This document shows, piece after piece, positions 1 to 10,529 of a stretch of 64,000 nucleotides of DNA. A program made the position numbers and the translations under genes. How positions within the stretch are numbered: position 1 is the first letter of the stretch; each line of letters starts with the position of its first letter. This DNA is from an uncultured Phycisphaerales bacterium (GTDB lineage Bacteria; Planctomycetota; Phycisphaerae; Tepidisphaerales; Tepidisphaeraceae). The notes under the pieces are model-generated. The model was not told the DNA's origin, made no database searches, and saw only the letters and a list, made by a program, of their open reading frames with translations. The DNA is taken from the NCBI GenBank assembly GCA_963844715.1, contig CAWJPJ010000007.1, positions 1,024,001 through 1,088,000 on the forward strand, written 5' to 3'.

Positions 1-1709
1 CGGGCGTGCTCGCACAGGGCGTCATCACCGAAATCCTCGGCCGGCGCGGCGAGAAGGACGTCGATCTCAGAAGCGTCATCATCCAGTTCAATCTGCCCGA
101 AAAATTTCCGGAAGAAGCCCTCGATGAAGGCCGCCAGGCGATCGATATCTTCAACGCCAGGCAGGAATGGCGCGATCGCGTCGACCTATCCGGCGAAACG
201 ATCTGCACGATCGACCCGGACGACGCCAAGGATTACGACGATGCGATCAGCCTGAAAAAGCTCCCCAGCGGAAATTGGGAACTCGGCGTGCATATCGCCG
301 ACGTTTCGCATTTTGTCCCGCCGGGCAGCGCCCTCGATACCGAGGCGCAGCTGCGCGGAAATAGCTGCTATTTCCCCGGCTACGTCATTCCGATGTTGCC
401 CGAGGTCTTATCCAACGGCGTATGCAGCCTTCAGGAGGGCGTTCCGCGCCTTTGCAAATCCGCGTTTATTACGTTGGATGACGACGCAAATCCCGTTTCG
501 ACGCGTTTTGCCAACACAGTGATTCGCAGCGCCAACCGCCTGCGTTATCGCGAGGCTCAAGCCATCATCGATAACGCCGATGTGATCCCGCATCCGGACG
601 GCCCGCGCAAGCGTGACAGTTACAGCCCGCGGGTCATCGAACTTTTGAATCAAATGAACGCCCTGGCCAAACGAATTCAAAAGCGCCGCGCGGCAGAGGG
701 GCAGTTGGTCCTCGAATTGCCCGAGGTGGAACTGGTTTTGAACGACGAAGGGAGAGTCTCCGGCGCCGAGGCCGAGGATACGAGCTTCACCCACACACTG
801 ATTGAGATGTTCATGGTCGAGGCCAACGAAGCCGTCGCCCGAGCGCTGGACAGCGTCAACGTCCCGTTCCTGCGCCGCATTCACCCCGAGCCGGAAATGG
901 ACGACTCGACCCGCCTTCGACAATTCGTCGAAGCCGCCGGGTATAAGATTCCCAAAATTCTGGACCGGAAAGCCCTCCAGGCGCTTCTGGCGAGCGTCAG
1001 AGGGAAGCCCGAATCGTTCGCCGTGAATCTGGCGGTGCTAAAAAGTCTGACGCGGGCCGAGTATTCGCCCAAAGCCATTGGGCATTACGCGCTGGCCAGC
1101 CAGTTTTACTGTCATTACACCAGCCCGATCCGGCGTTACGCCGATCTGACGATCCATCGTCTGCTCGATCAATATATTCAAGCGCAGGACCAGGCGGGCG
1201 GAAAAAAGAAAGTGCATCTGGAAAATGTTCCCAGCGAGGATGACCTGGTTACGCTCGGCAAACACTTGAGCTTCACCGAGCACCGCGCCGACGACGCCGA
1301 GCGCGAACTCCGCCAGGTGAAGGTCCTCGCTCTTCTGGAAAACAAGGTCGGCTCCGATTTCCCCGGCGTCATCACCGGCATCACCAATTTCGGAATCTTC
1401 GTGCAGCTCACCACCTGGCTCATCGATGGACTTATCCGTTACGAAGATCTGATGGACGACTGGTGGGACGTCGACGAAGCCCGCGGCGCCATTCGCGGCC
1501 AGCGCACCGGGCGGCGCATCGGCATTGGCGATACCGCCACCGTCCGAATCGTCCGCGTCGATCCTCCGCGCCGGCAGCTTGACTTGGCGATTGTCGAACT
1601 CAAAGGAAAAGGCTCGCCAACCCCGCCACCGAAGGTAAAAAAACCTCATCGCAAGGGCGCGCCGAGAGGCAGATTCAGCGCCCCTCAGAAACGGCGGCGA
1701 TCGCGCTAG
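1..1709 (+). CDS. rnr: Ribonuclease R (RNB + S1 domains), 5' end outside the window
   Basis: TIDPDDAKDYDDAIS and HYTSPIRRYADL RNB motifs, C-terminal S1 domain, basic tail. Confidence 0.93.
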   Translation, partial: GVLAQGVITEILGRRGEKDVDLRSVIIQFNLPEKFPEEALDEGRQAIDIFNARQEWRDRVDLSGETICTIDPDDAKDYDDAISLKKLPSGNWELGVHIADVSHFVPPGSALDTEAQLRGNSCYFPGYVIPMLPEVLSNGVCSLQEGVPRLCKSAFITLDDDANPVSTRFANTVIRSANRLRYREAQAIIDNADVIPHPDGPRKRDSYSPRVIELLNQMNALAKRIQKRRAAEGQLVLELPEVELVLNDEGRVSGAEAEDTSFTHTLIEMFMVEANEAVARALDSVNVPFLRRIHPEPEMDDSTRLRQFVEAAGYKIPKILDRKALQALLASVRGKPESFAVNLAVLKSLTRAEYSPKAIGHYALASQFYCHYTSPIRRYADLTIHRLLDQYIQAQDQAGGKKKVHLENVPSEDDLVTLGKHLSFTEHRADDAERELRQVKVLALLENKVGSDFPGVITGITNFGIFVQLTTWLIDGLIRYEDLMDDWWDVDEARGAIRGQRTGRRIGIGDTATVRIVRVDPPRRQLDLAIVELKGKGSPTPPPKVKKPHRKGAPRGRFSAPQKRRRSR

Positions 1710-2640
1710 ATCCTTTTCAACTTGACCCGGCGCTGGAGTCTTTGGACATCTTTCATCAAAAATATCCCTGATCCCGGCACGAGGGCGTTCGCCGTCGCGC
1801 ACGCCGTGGCAAGGCGGCACGCCTCGGGGACCTCTCGGCCATGACTAATCTCCCGGCTCAATCCCGCCGCAAACGCGTCTCCGCTCCCGATCGCGGATAC
1901 CGCGTCGATCTTCAAACCGGGGATTTCCCAGAAGGTCTTTCCATCACAAACCCATGCCCCGGCGCGTCCCAGGGTTACAATCACCCACTGGGCCCCCATA
2001 TCGCACAGGCCAAGCATGGCCCGCCGCAAGCCGGCGGCACTGTCCAGCGATCGTCCCAACGTCGCGGCCAATTCGGATCGGTTCGGCTTAACGACCAGGG
2101 GACGCTGTTCCAAGGCGCGCAACATTTCGTTCCCTCGCGCATCCAGAATGACGTTGACGCTATTCCTTCTGGCTGCCGCGCAGCAGTCGGCATAAAAATT
2201 CGCATGAACCCCCGGCGCCAAAGATCCCGAAAAAATCGCCATCTTTGACCCGGGCAGAACGCGCAGGAATTCCCGTTTCAACCCGGCAATTTCGGTCTTC
2301 CGCAATCTCTCGGATTCCTGCACCAGCTCGGTCGCCTCTTTCCGCGATTGATCGATCGCCGTCACGCACGTCCGCGTGCCCGCTCGCGTCTCCACAATGC
2401 GGCTTTCGATTTCCGATGCTTTCAAATCAGCTAGAAAGATTCTGCCTGAGTCTCCCCCGACCGGCGCACAAGCCACGGCTTCTTCTCCAAGCGTCTTCAG
2501 CCCGCGCCAACGTTGATTGACTTCCCCGAAGCATGATAGAAAACCTTCGTCGCCCGATTCACTTCCCCCTCGGCCAGGCGAGAAAAAATCATCGTCCCTT
2601 GCAATGCCGGCGTTGTTCCAAGGCAAACGTGCACAATTCA
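1706..2640 (-). CDS. PfkB/1-phosphofructokinase-family sugar kinase (frameshifted near 2503)
   Basis: VKPNRSEL and SAIGSGDAFAAG PfkB signatures; the true N-terminus (CLGTTPALQ..GEVNRA..ASGKSINVA) is in another frame at ~2630-2505. Confidence 0.85.
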
Positions 2641-2652
2641 TTCCTCGCTTGG

Positions 2653-2880
2653 CTACAGCAACGAACGGAATGTCTCCTCGGTCAACCCCGCCTGATTGAT
2701 AATCTTCTTTACCAATCCCCGACCCAGATCCCCCGGATGCATCGGCACGCCTGTCAGGAGTTTTTTGCTCTCGTGCCAAAGATAGAGGTGACTGCCTTTT
2801 TGGTTAATTTCCCGGAATCCCCCGCGCTTCAATGCTGCGACAACTTCTTTGGCTGTCAACGTCGGAAGCCGCCGGCTCAC
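2653..2880 (-). CDS. hicA: HicA-family toxin (mRNA interferase)
   Basis: 75 aa with GF...QKGSH and VPMH..DL..G...KII.QAG pattern. Confidence 0.9.
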   Translation of the reverse strand: MSRRLPTLTAKEVVAALKRGGFREINQKGSHLYLWHESKKLLTGVPMHPGDLGRGLVKKIINQAGLTEETFRSLL

Positions 2881-3179
2881 GCCGGCACCCGTAGCTTAAC
2901 CTGCACCTTTCCGATCATCGCGTCCTCGCGCCCCGCCTCCTCTGGAATCGGCTCGCCGAGTTTGGCCAGCGATTCCAAATATCCTTCGATCGCTTCCCGG
3001 GCACGCTCCATGCACTGCTCAACCGTCTTGCCTTGCGTAAAGCATCCCGGCAACGCTGGAACCTCCACCCAGAAAGATTCCTCCCCGGCTTCGCCAGGAT
3101 GAATCACGACGGTGTATTTCAGCGTTACCACCGAATTGGACCGTGGCCGAATGCTCTTTTGGACATGACGTTTGGCCAT
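2877..3179 (-). CDS. hicB: HicB-family antitoxin, short form
   Basis: YTVVIH..FWVEVPALPGCFTQGKTVEQCMERAREAI; 4-nt overlap with hicA. Confidence 0.9.
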   Translation of the reverse strand: MAKRHVQKSIRPRSNSVVTLKYTVVIHPGEAGEESFWVEVPALPGCFTQGKTVEQCMERAREAIEGYLESLAKLGEPIPEEAGREDAMIGKVQVKLRVPA

Positions 3180-3213
3180 AATATCGTTCCAGGCAGCGCA
3201 TTAACCCAAGTAC

Positions 3214-4052
3214 TTAGGGCCTGTCTGATGAATCCAAAATCCTGAAATAGCGACGGATCATGGCGAGCTTGGCCATGGCCTGAAAGTTCACCGCCAGTTT
3301 CTCGTAACGCGTGCCCAGGCGGCGATTCTCCTTCATCCAATTCACGCAACGCTCCACCACGTTCCGTCGGCGATACGCCTTGCGATCAAAGTTCTCCTGC
3401 GGCGGCTGATTCGATTTCGCCGGGATCACCGCTTGGATTCGGTGGCGACGCAGCCATCGCCGCACATTTCCGTAACTGTATCCCTTGTCGCCCGCCAGCC
3501 TCCTGGGGCGACGACGGCGGCGACCGATGCGCATCGCGTTCATCACCGGCTCCACGTACCGGCTCTCGTGGCATTGGCCGGCGCTGGCCTCGACGGCGAG
3601 CGGAACTCCCTGGCCGTCAGTAACCAGGTGGAGCTTGCTGCCCCACCCGCCTCGGCTGCGGCCCAACGCGTGATCCGCCGGTTCTTCCGGGACGGTTTTG
3701 ATTTTCTGGCTCCGGCGGCGGATCGACTGGCTCGCACATTGGTGCCGTCGATGCACCACAGGTCCCAGTCGATTCGTCCTTGCTTGTCCAACCTCATCTG
3801 CAGCCGCTGGAGGATTCGATCAATCGTTCCGTCCTTTCTCCAGCGGTTGAAGCGGTCGTAGACGCTTTGCCATCTGCCGTAACGTTCGGGCATCTCGCGC
3901 CATTGAGCGCCCGAGTGCAGAATCCAGAACATGCCGTTGAGCGTGGTGCGGTGGTCGTTCCACTGCCCGCCGCGCTTGCCGTTGCCGGGCAGCAGATCGC
4001 CGATCAACTCGTACTGCTCATCCGTGAGCTCATAACGTCGCATCCGTGACAC
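3214..4052 (-). CDS. IS5-family transposase in two overlapping ORFs (3543-4052 and 3214-3759)
   Basis: W..MPERYGRWQSVYDRFNRW, IDGTNVRA, GRSRGG..SKLHL..D, AGDKGY, YRRRNVVER..N..K..RRLGTRYEK. Confidence 0.92.
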
Positions 4053-4103
4053 CTCGTCTGAAAACCGCTATTTATAACCAAAAGCGATTCATCAGACAGG
4101 CCC
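3217..4103 (-). mobile_element. IS5-family insertion sequence (IS427-like group), 887 bp
   Basis: Perfect 18-bp terminal inverted repeats GGGCCTGTCTGATGAATC (3217-3234 and 4086-4103), flanked by TA on both sides. Confidence 0.93.
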
Positions 4104-4158
4104 TAGTTGCGTTGAGCCTCGCATACCCTGAGTGCCGCTGTCAAGCGGATTCGGTTTC

Positions 4159-4627
4159 CTACATCTCCATCAACATTTCGACCGTGCTGACCCGAAATCC
4201 GCAAGACGCGAACAGCTTTCTAGCCGGCTCATTCGCCGCTGCGGTGTCGAGGCGGACTTGTTTCATGCCCAGGGTGGCGAATTTTTCGACCGCCGCCATG
4301 ACCAATTGCCGGCCGATGCCTTCATGCCGGAAATCTTCTTCGACCCAAAGATCGTGGATGAAGCCGAATTCCTTGAGGCGATAGATCGGGATCTCTTTCT
4401 CCACCGTCCCGATGAGGAACCCCGCCAATCGCCCCTTCCCATCGTCCGCAACAAGGAAAACGGCGTTCTGCTCCCCAGCCTGTTTCCCAAGCCACCATTT
4501 GTATCGCTCCTCCGGATGCGGCAAAAACCCGTATTTCGCGGGGTCCCACGCCTCGTGAAGCGCAGATTTTCGCCACCATTGGCAGTACGCCGTCCACATC
4601 GCCGGGTTGCGCGGGCCGAATCTCCAT
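4159..4627 (-). CDS. GNAT-family acetyltransferase (frameshifted near 4560)
   Basis: N-terminal MEIRPAQPGD joins IHDLWVEEDFRHEGIGRQLV...N..ARKLFASCGF. Confidence 0.85.
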
Positions 4628-4701
4628 ACGACACCGGCCGGGAATATACCTCGCGGCAGGGATTTGAAATAATCGTCCGGCCAGTCAGAATGGAAGCATC
4701 G

Positions 4702-6163
4702 ATGCGGCGAAAACTGTACATGGAGACCTTCGGCTGCCAGATGAACGTCCTGGACAGCGAGCTTGTTCTCGGCCAGCTCCGCGCCCACGGCTATGAGTCC
4801 GTGGCCGACCGCGATTCCGCCGACGTCATCATCTACAACACCTGCTCGGTGCGCGACCATGCCGAGCAAAAAGTCTGGTCGCGCCTGGGGAACTCCGGCC
4901 GCGCAAGGCCGCCGACCCGGGCCTCATCATCGGCGTCATCGGCTGTCTTGCCGAGCGCGACGGGAAAAATCTCTTCCGCAAATATCCGCATGTCGATCTC
5001 CTCTGCGGCCCCGGCGAATTGGATAAGCTCGCCTCTCTTGTTCACAACGCGGCCGTTACATCTATCGATGATCGCCCCCGGCATCAATCGGCCCTGATGG
5101 GCGCCAATACCCGCCGCAGTTCGACGCTCGCCACCGCTGAAGATTCACTCGAAATGCTCGATCTTTCGCGTAGCTTCTCCTCATCAGAGGCGATCGCTCA
5201 GGCCTATGTCCGAATCACGCGCGGCTGCAACAAATTCTGCACCTACTGCGTCGTCCCCTACACGCGCGGCCCGGAAGTCCATCGCCCTCCTCAAAACATC
5301 ATCGACGAAGTCAAAAAATTAACCGACGCCGGCGCGATGGAAGCGACCCTGCTGGGTCAGACGATCAACCATTACGCTTACCAACATCCCGACGGGCGGA
5401 CGACCAGCTTCGCCGAATTACTCTACGCCGTTCACGAAGCGGTTCCCAAACTCCCGCGCCTGCGTTTCGTCACCAGTTTCCCGCGCGATTTCACGGATGA
5501 AGCGCTCCAGGCGATGCGGGACTGTCCACGCATTTGCCGATACCTCCATGTTCCCGCCCAGCATGGCTCTGATCGCATCCTCAAAATGATGAACCGCGGC
5601 TACACCGCCTCGCAATACCGCGATTTTCTGGGCCGGGCCAGGCAATATATGCCGGATATCTCCCTCGCCAGCGACTTTATCGTCGGGTTCCCTACCGAAA
5701 CTGACCATGAGTTCCGGCAAACCGTCGAACTGCTTCGCCAGAGCCGCTTTAAGAACAGCTTCATCTTCAAGTATTCCCCGCGCCCCGGCACCGCCGCGAT
5801 CGATCGCTATGATGACGACATCCCCGAGCCGGTGAAACGCGACCGAAACAACCAGCTTCTGGCCGCCCAGCAAGCCGTCAGCGAGGAATTGAATGCTCAG
5901 ATGGTCGGCCAGGAAGTCGAGGTGCTCGTCGAAGGCCCCAGCAAGCTGCACTCCGCCCGCCCGCCGGCGGTGGGGCGGTTGAGTTAGCATGGGAGATCAG
6001 AAATGGCGCAGACTCAAATGCCCATAGTCAATTGGTAGCGCGAACGCGAGGCGATCAAGTCGTCGTCTTTGATGGTGCGCAGGAACTCGCCGGCAAGATA
6101 TTGAAATTGAAAATCGCCGACGCCAGAAACATGACCCTCTTCGGCCGGCAGTTTACCGATTAG
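4702..6163 (+). CDS. miaB: tRNA-i6A37 methylthiotransferase MiaB (frameshifted)
   Basis: ETFGCQMN, NTCSVR, radical SAM motif GCNKFCTYC, SDFIVGFPTET, FKYSPRPGT; C-terminal TRAM domain in a shifted frame ending TAG 6161-6163. Confidence 0.93.
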
Positions 6164-6585
6164 CCCCCGCGCACAATCAATACGATCCACGCCACCATAA
6201 AGGTCGGCGGCAGCAGCACCGGCGCCAGCATTCCGAGAAAACGGGTCCCGCAAGTTCCTTGAAGCGCGGGCAATCCGGTCTCTCGTGCAGCGTCCAGCCA
6301 AGGTGAAAATCCGCGGCGCAAATCGCGCATCACTTTCAGTCCCGCAAATATCGACAGCGATATCAGCGCCCCCGCGATGATGGCGATGAGAGGAATAACT
6401 TTAAGCAGCAGCGCCATCCGCGGCGGACTGCTGATCAATATCGCGTACGCCGTAAACAGAAACGACTGACTCGTCAGAAACCAACTCAGCCGCTGCGTGA
6501 TAAGGTTGTCCTCGTGTTGAATCTGCCCGCGGACTTGGTTGTATCGATCAACGAGGCCAATGGAAGAATTTTGCTGCTGTGTCAT
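6160..6585 (-). CDS. Small membrane protein with about 3 hydrophobic segments
   Basis: 141 aa ORF, HEDNLITQRLSWFLTSQSFLF followed by TM helices. Confidence 0.65.
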   Translation of the reverse strand: MTQQQNSSIGLVDRYNQVRGQIQHEDNLITQRLSWFLTSQSFLFTAYAILISSPPRMALLLKVIPLIAIIAGALISLSIFAGLKVMRDLRRGFSPWLDAARETGLPALQGTCGTRFLGMLAPVLLPPTFMVAWIVLIVRGG

Positions 6586-6800
6586 CGCGTCTAATCCAAA
6601 TTCCTCATAGCCGTCTCAATCCATGTAATCCAAACAATCCATATAACCGGCAGGAGTACTCGGAAAGGGGCTTCTCAACGCCGATTTTTCATCATAACTC
6701 ATTATTTTGGAGTGCCATAAAATCGATCGTATCGGCTGGTTTTTTCGGAGCGTTTGACATGTATTTTCCACACTCGAAGACGGCTCGGGGCTTTCATCTT

Positions 6801-6820
6801 TTTATAATCCCAATTATAAA
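6801..6820. promoter_or_regulatory. AT-rich perfect inverted repeat, candidate operator
   Basis: TTTATAAT-CCCA-ATTATAAA in a 540-bp divergent intergenic region. Confidence 0.45.
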
Positions 6821-7125
6821 CGGCTTTTGACGGTAAGCCCGGTCACAAACTTCTCCTGAATAATGGGGTGAGCAGGAGATAGTAAGTCACCATATTGGCT
6901 GCCGACGAGTTGGCTGCGGTTTGTTCTGGAGCGGCCCGTTTTGTCCGATATTGAGGCTATGGGCCTTATTCGATTCTTGGTATCGCGAGGAGGCATGGCG
7001 CCTTCGCCGCGTTCTGTTCCGACCTACGATGTTGTTGGAGGCCACTGTTCCAGAGGCACTTGCGCTGATGGGCATCGGCGCATCAAACTGCCTAGTGTTG
7101 CGCACCGTAAGGAGTGAGACGATCT

Positions 7126-7373
7126 ATGGCTTCGAATCGAGCGATTATGCGCATCCAATTGGATGCGTCGGCAAAGACCGAACTGGATAAAATCTGCGAC
7201 AAGAGGGGGATGACGCAGATCGCGGTCATGAGCCGACTCGTCGGCTGGTTCGTGCGCAGGACGACGTCATTCAAACCGCCGTCATGTCGACACTTACGGA
7301 TGGCGCAATGGCGCACCTTGCCAAACAGATTCTCAAGCGCGCCTCCTCTGAGCGCGGCGACGACGGCAAGTAA
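7126..7373 (+). CDS. Small RHH-like DNA-binding protein, paralog 1 (1-nt frameshift near 7257)
   Basis: AAGGAG SD; reconstructed MASNRAIMRIQLDASAKTELDKICDKRGMTQIAVMSRLVGWFV.QDDVIQTAVM...KQILKRASSER aligns with the next ORF. Confidence 0.7.
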
Positions 7374-7461
7374 CAAACTAGCCTTCCCAGGGATTTCTCG
7401 TTAACCTTTGGGTTAGCTCTTTCCAATTGTTCTACCTCTTTTTTTCGAGGAACCTCCGCCT

Positions 7462-7713
7462 ATGGCCAACTCAAGCCAACCCCGACGCGTCATCATGCGG
7501 ATCGAATTATATCCGCACGCCAAGACCGGCCTCACACATATGTGTGACCGCCTCGGCATGACACAGGTTGCCGCCACCAGCCGCGTCATCGAGTGGTTTA
7601 CCGCCCAATCCGATGTGGTCCAGGCCGCGATTCTCGGCCTCTATCCCAAGGACATCCGCGCGGAAGTCGCTGAGATGATCCTTAAGAAAATGGCCTCAGA
7701 ACGCCGCAAGTAA
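7462..7713 (+). CDS. Small RHH-like DNA-binding protein, paralog 2
   Basis: 83 aa, IMRIEL..HAK..L..MCDRLGMTQVA..SRVIEWF; GAGG SD. Confidence 0.72.
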   Translation: MANSSQPRRVIMRIELYPHAKTGLTHMCDRLGMTQVAATSRVIEWFTAQSDVVQAAILGLYPKDIRAEVAEMILKKMASERRK

Positions 7714-7727
7714 GCCCCGTCTTAATT

Positions 7728-9035
7728 TCAGAACTCGCCGGCTGACGGTCGCTCCCTCGCGGATCCGCTAATGGATTTCCGCGCCTGCCCCGCCGCCAGG
7801 GTTTCCTCGATTTTCTCGATTCCCCGCAGAATATCCGCCGCTGAATTAAAGGCCGGATGCGCCGGATCGGCAGGCCTCAGGATTTGGCTGGTCATTTCCG
7901 AAAGCAATTTCGCCTCTTCGCTCTCTTTGTCATAGCGGATCAGTTCCTTCAATTCCGGGTTGCTGTGCGGGGAGTTGACCTGCACGGCAAGGTAAAAGAA
8001 ATCGACCGCCTTATCGACCTTGTGCAACCCGCCGCAGATGGTCTCGCTCGTCACCAATCCGCTTTGCGTCATTTTCAGCAGCATCCGCTGGATTTCGCTC
8101 GTCCGCATCAGTTCTTCGAACAGCCCCGACAGCAGGGGGCTTGCCGCCAAATCCTCTCCCACGCGCACCGCCGACCCAAAATCCACGAATCCGACTCCGC
8201 CCGGCGTAATCACGAAATTGTCCAATCGCAAATCCAGATGGATCACCCCCACTTCATCGTGCAAAACCCGCAGCAAATCCGCGCTCTGATGAGCAAACTG
8301 CAATTGCGAAATCGGGCTTCCCCCGTTTCGCAGCCATTGGAGATGCAGTCGCCGGGCAAATCCCTTCGGATCGACTTCCATATCCAGCAACTGCGGAATC
8401 CGCTCCTGGTACGGCCCGGCAAGATCGCGGTTGATGATCTTTAAAATGGCCGCTTCCCGCGTCAGAAATACCGGGAAAATCTTCTCCGAGAATTTTCTCG
8501 CCCGTCTTTCGAGGATCTCATCCGACAACTCCGGCCATTTGCTGTGCAGCCGCGCCTTCACCTGCTCGATCGTCGGCACTTCCTTCACGACTCGATATCC
8601 GTGCCCATCGTTACCATGGCTCAAATAGACGTGATACGTAAACCGATCCGACAAGTGCCCCGGCTGAACCAGTTGCACCTTCCGAGCCAAAAAATACCAG
8701 ACCGACCTGCGAAGAAAGGGAATGAACCCGCGATGAATGACGCCGATTTTCCCGATCGTTTCAAACCCGCGCTCCGCCAGGTGAATATTGAACTTAACGG
8801 CGTCGTGCCGATCCGCACTGACATAGAGCAGCAGTCCCCCCCAGCGCAGACGATCGAATAATTCACGAGCCGAATGTTTTTGATCCGACGTGCAGATGAT
8901 GGCGTCGGCCAGCTCCCCGCGCGTCAATCCCTCCGACCGCTTCGGCGCCGCCCGGGCGAATTCCTCGTTCTCAGCGAACACCCGGCGCATGACCGCCGAG
9001 ACATCCTCCGCCGCGATGGGCAGTTGGCCGCTCAT
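7728..9035 (-). CDS. Protein-kinase-like protein with an extra N-terminal domain
   Basis: VVKE (beta3 Lys), REAAIL (alphaC Glu), HLDLRLDN catalytic loop, VDFG. Confidence 0.7.
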   Translation of the reverse strand: MSGQLPIAAEDVSAVMRRVFAENEEFARAAPKRSEGLTRGELADAIICTSDQKHSARELFDRLRWGGLLLYVSADRHDAVKFNIHLAERGFETIGKIGVIHRGFIPFLRRSVWYFLARKVQLVQPGHLSDRFTYHVYLSHGNDGHGYRVVKEVPTIEQVKARLHSKWPELSDEILERRARKFSEKIFPVFLTREAAILKIINRDLAGPYQERIPQLLDMEVDPKGFARRLHLQWLRNGGSPISQLQFAHQSADLLRVLHDEVGVIHLDLRLDNFVITPGGVGFVDFGSAVRVGEDLAASPLLSGLFEELMRTSEIQRMLLKMTQSGLVTSETICGGLHKVDKAVDFFYLAVQVNSPHSNPELKELIRYDKESEEAKLLSEMTSQILRPADPAHPAFNSAADILRGIEKIEETLAAGQARKSISGSARERPSAGEF

Positions 9036-9044
9036 TGCGGATGA

Positions 9045-10450
9045 TCAGGCGACTCCAGCCGTCCCCGTCTCGATCGGCGCCGACACGAATTCCCGCGGAT
9101 CGGTGACGAATCCCTTGATTGCGCTGGCCGCCACCGTCAGCGGCGAGGCGAGATACACCGCCGACTTCGTGCTTCCCATTCTGCCTGGAAAATTCCGATT
9201 CGTCGTACTGATGCAGACCTCGCTCTTTTGCAGCCTGCCAAACGTATCCCCCGGCCCGCCCAGGCAAGCCGCGCATCCGCTCGCGCCGACCAGGCACCCG
9301 GCATCCACGAGCACATCCTCGATGCTCTTTTCGTTCGGACCTTTCTCCGCCCCACGCAGATTCAGGCGCTTCATATCCGCGTGCACTTCCGTGCTGCCGG
9401 GAACAACGAAAGTGGGAATCTTCACGCGGTTTCCCTTGAGAATATTGGCCGCGAAGATCATGTCCGTGATCTTTCCGCCCGTGCAGCTTCCGATGTAAGC
9501 CTGGTCGAGCTTCACATCCCGGCAGTTGTAGGCCGTGTCGCGATTGTCCGGAGAATGCGGCTTGGCGACCAGCGGCTCGAGCGTCCCCAGATCCCATTCC
9601 GTCTCAAAAACATACTCCGCATCCGCGTCCTCACGGACCACTTCCCAATTCGGCCGCTTGCTGCGCACCGCACATAACGCAGGGTCTTTTCATCGACATC
9701 GCAGATGCCGTTTTTTCCGCCCGCTTCGATGGCCATGTTGGTCAGGGTCATGCGGTCTTCGAGGGTCAGCGACGAAATCCCGTCTCCGGCAAAGTACATG
9801 CTCCGGTACGTCGCCCCATCGACGCCGATCTCTCCGATGACCGCCAGGATCAAATCCTTCGCTGTCAGATACGGCGGGATCGACCCGTGGAACGTGAACT
9901 TCATGGTGGGGGGGACCTTCAGCCAGGTTTTCCCCGTCCCCAGCGTAAACGCGGCATCCGTGTTCCCCACGCCGATGGAAAATTGCCCAAAGGCCCCGGC
10001 CGTGCACGTGTGACTGTCCGTCCCCATCAAAATCTCGCCCGGCCGGATATGCCCCTCCTCCGGCAGCGCCTTGTGGCAGACTCCCTTGTAGCTGGTCTTG
10101 GTCGGGTCCCGATACGGATTGGGCATCGTCGGCTCTGCCTTTACGAACTCCGCGTCGTAGAAATATTTCAGACCCTGCTCCTTCACGAAGTCGCGAAGGA
10201 TCTGCACGTTGCGATGGCACTTCTGATCGGCCGTAAAGATATAGTGGTCCGGGATGATCACCACGCGATCGACATCCCAAACCTTCGCCTTGGGCCCAAA
10301 CTGCTCATAAAAAATTCCGATGGTTCCCGGGCCGCACACATCGTGCGTCATCAAAACGTCCACATCCACCCAGACGTTCTCGCCCGGCTGAACCCTCTGT
10401 TTTCCAGAGTGCTTGGCCAGAATCTTCTCCGTCATCGTCATGCCCGGCAT
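9045..10450 (-). CDS. leuC: 3-isopropylmalate dehydratase large subunit / aconitase family (frameshifted near 9670)
   Basis: TMTEKIL, DH, GTDSHTCTAGA, IGSCTGG, GCAACLG, STTNRNFPGRMG. Confidence 0.88.
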
Positions 10451-10529
10451 TTCAAGTATCTCCAATTCGACTACGTTAACGGCCGCACTTGTGCGGCGTG
10501 TTTCCAGCACCACATTATATCACCCCCGC

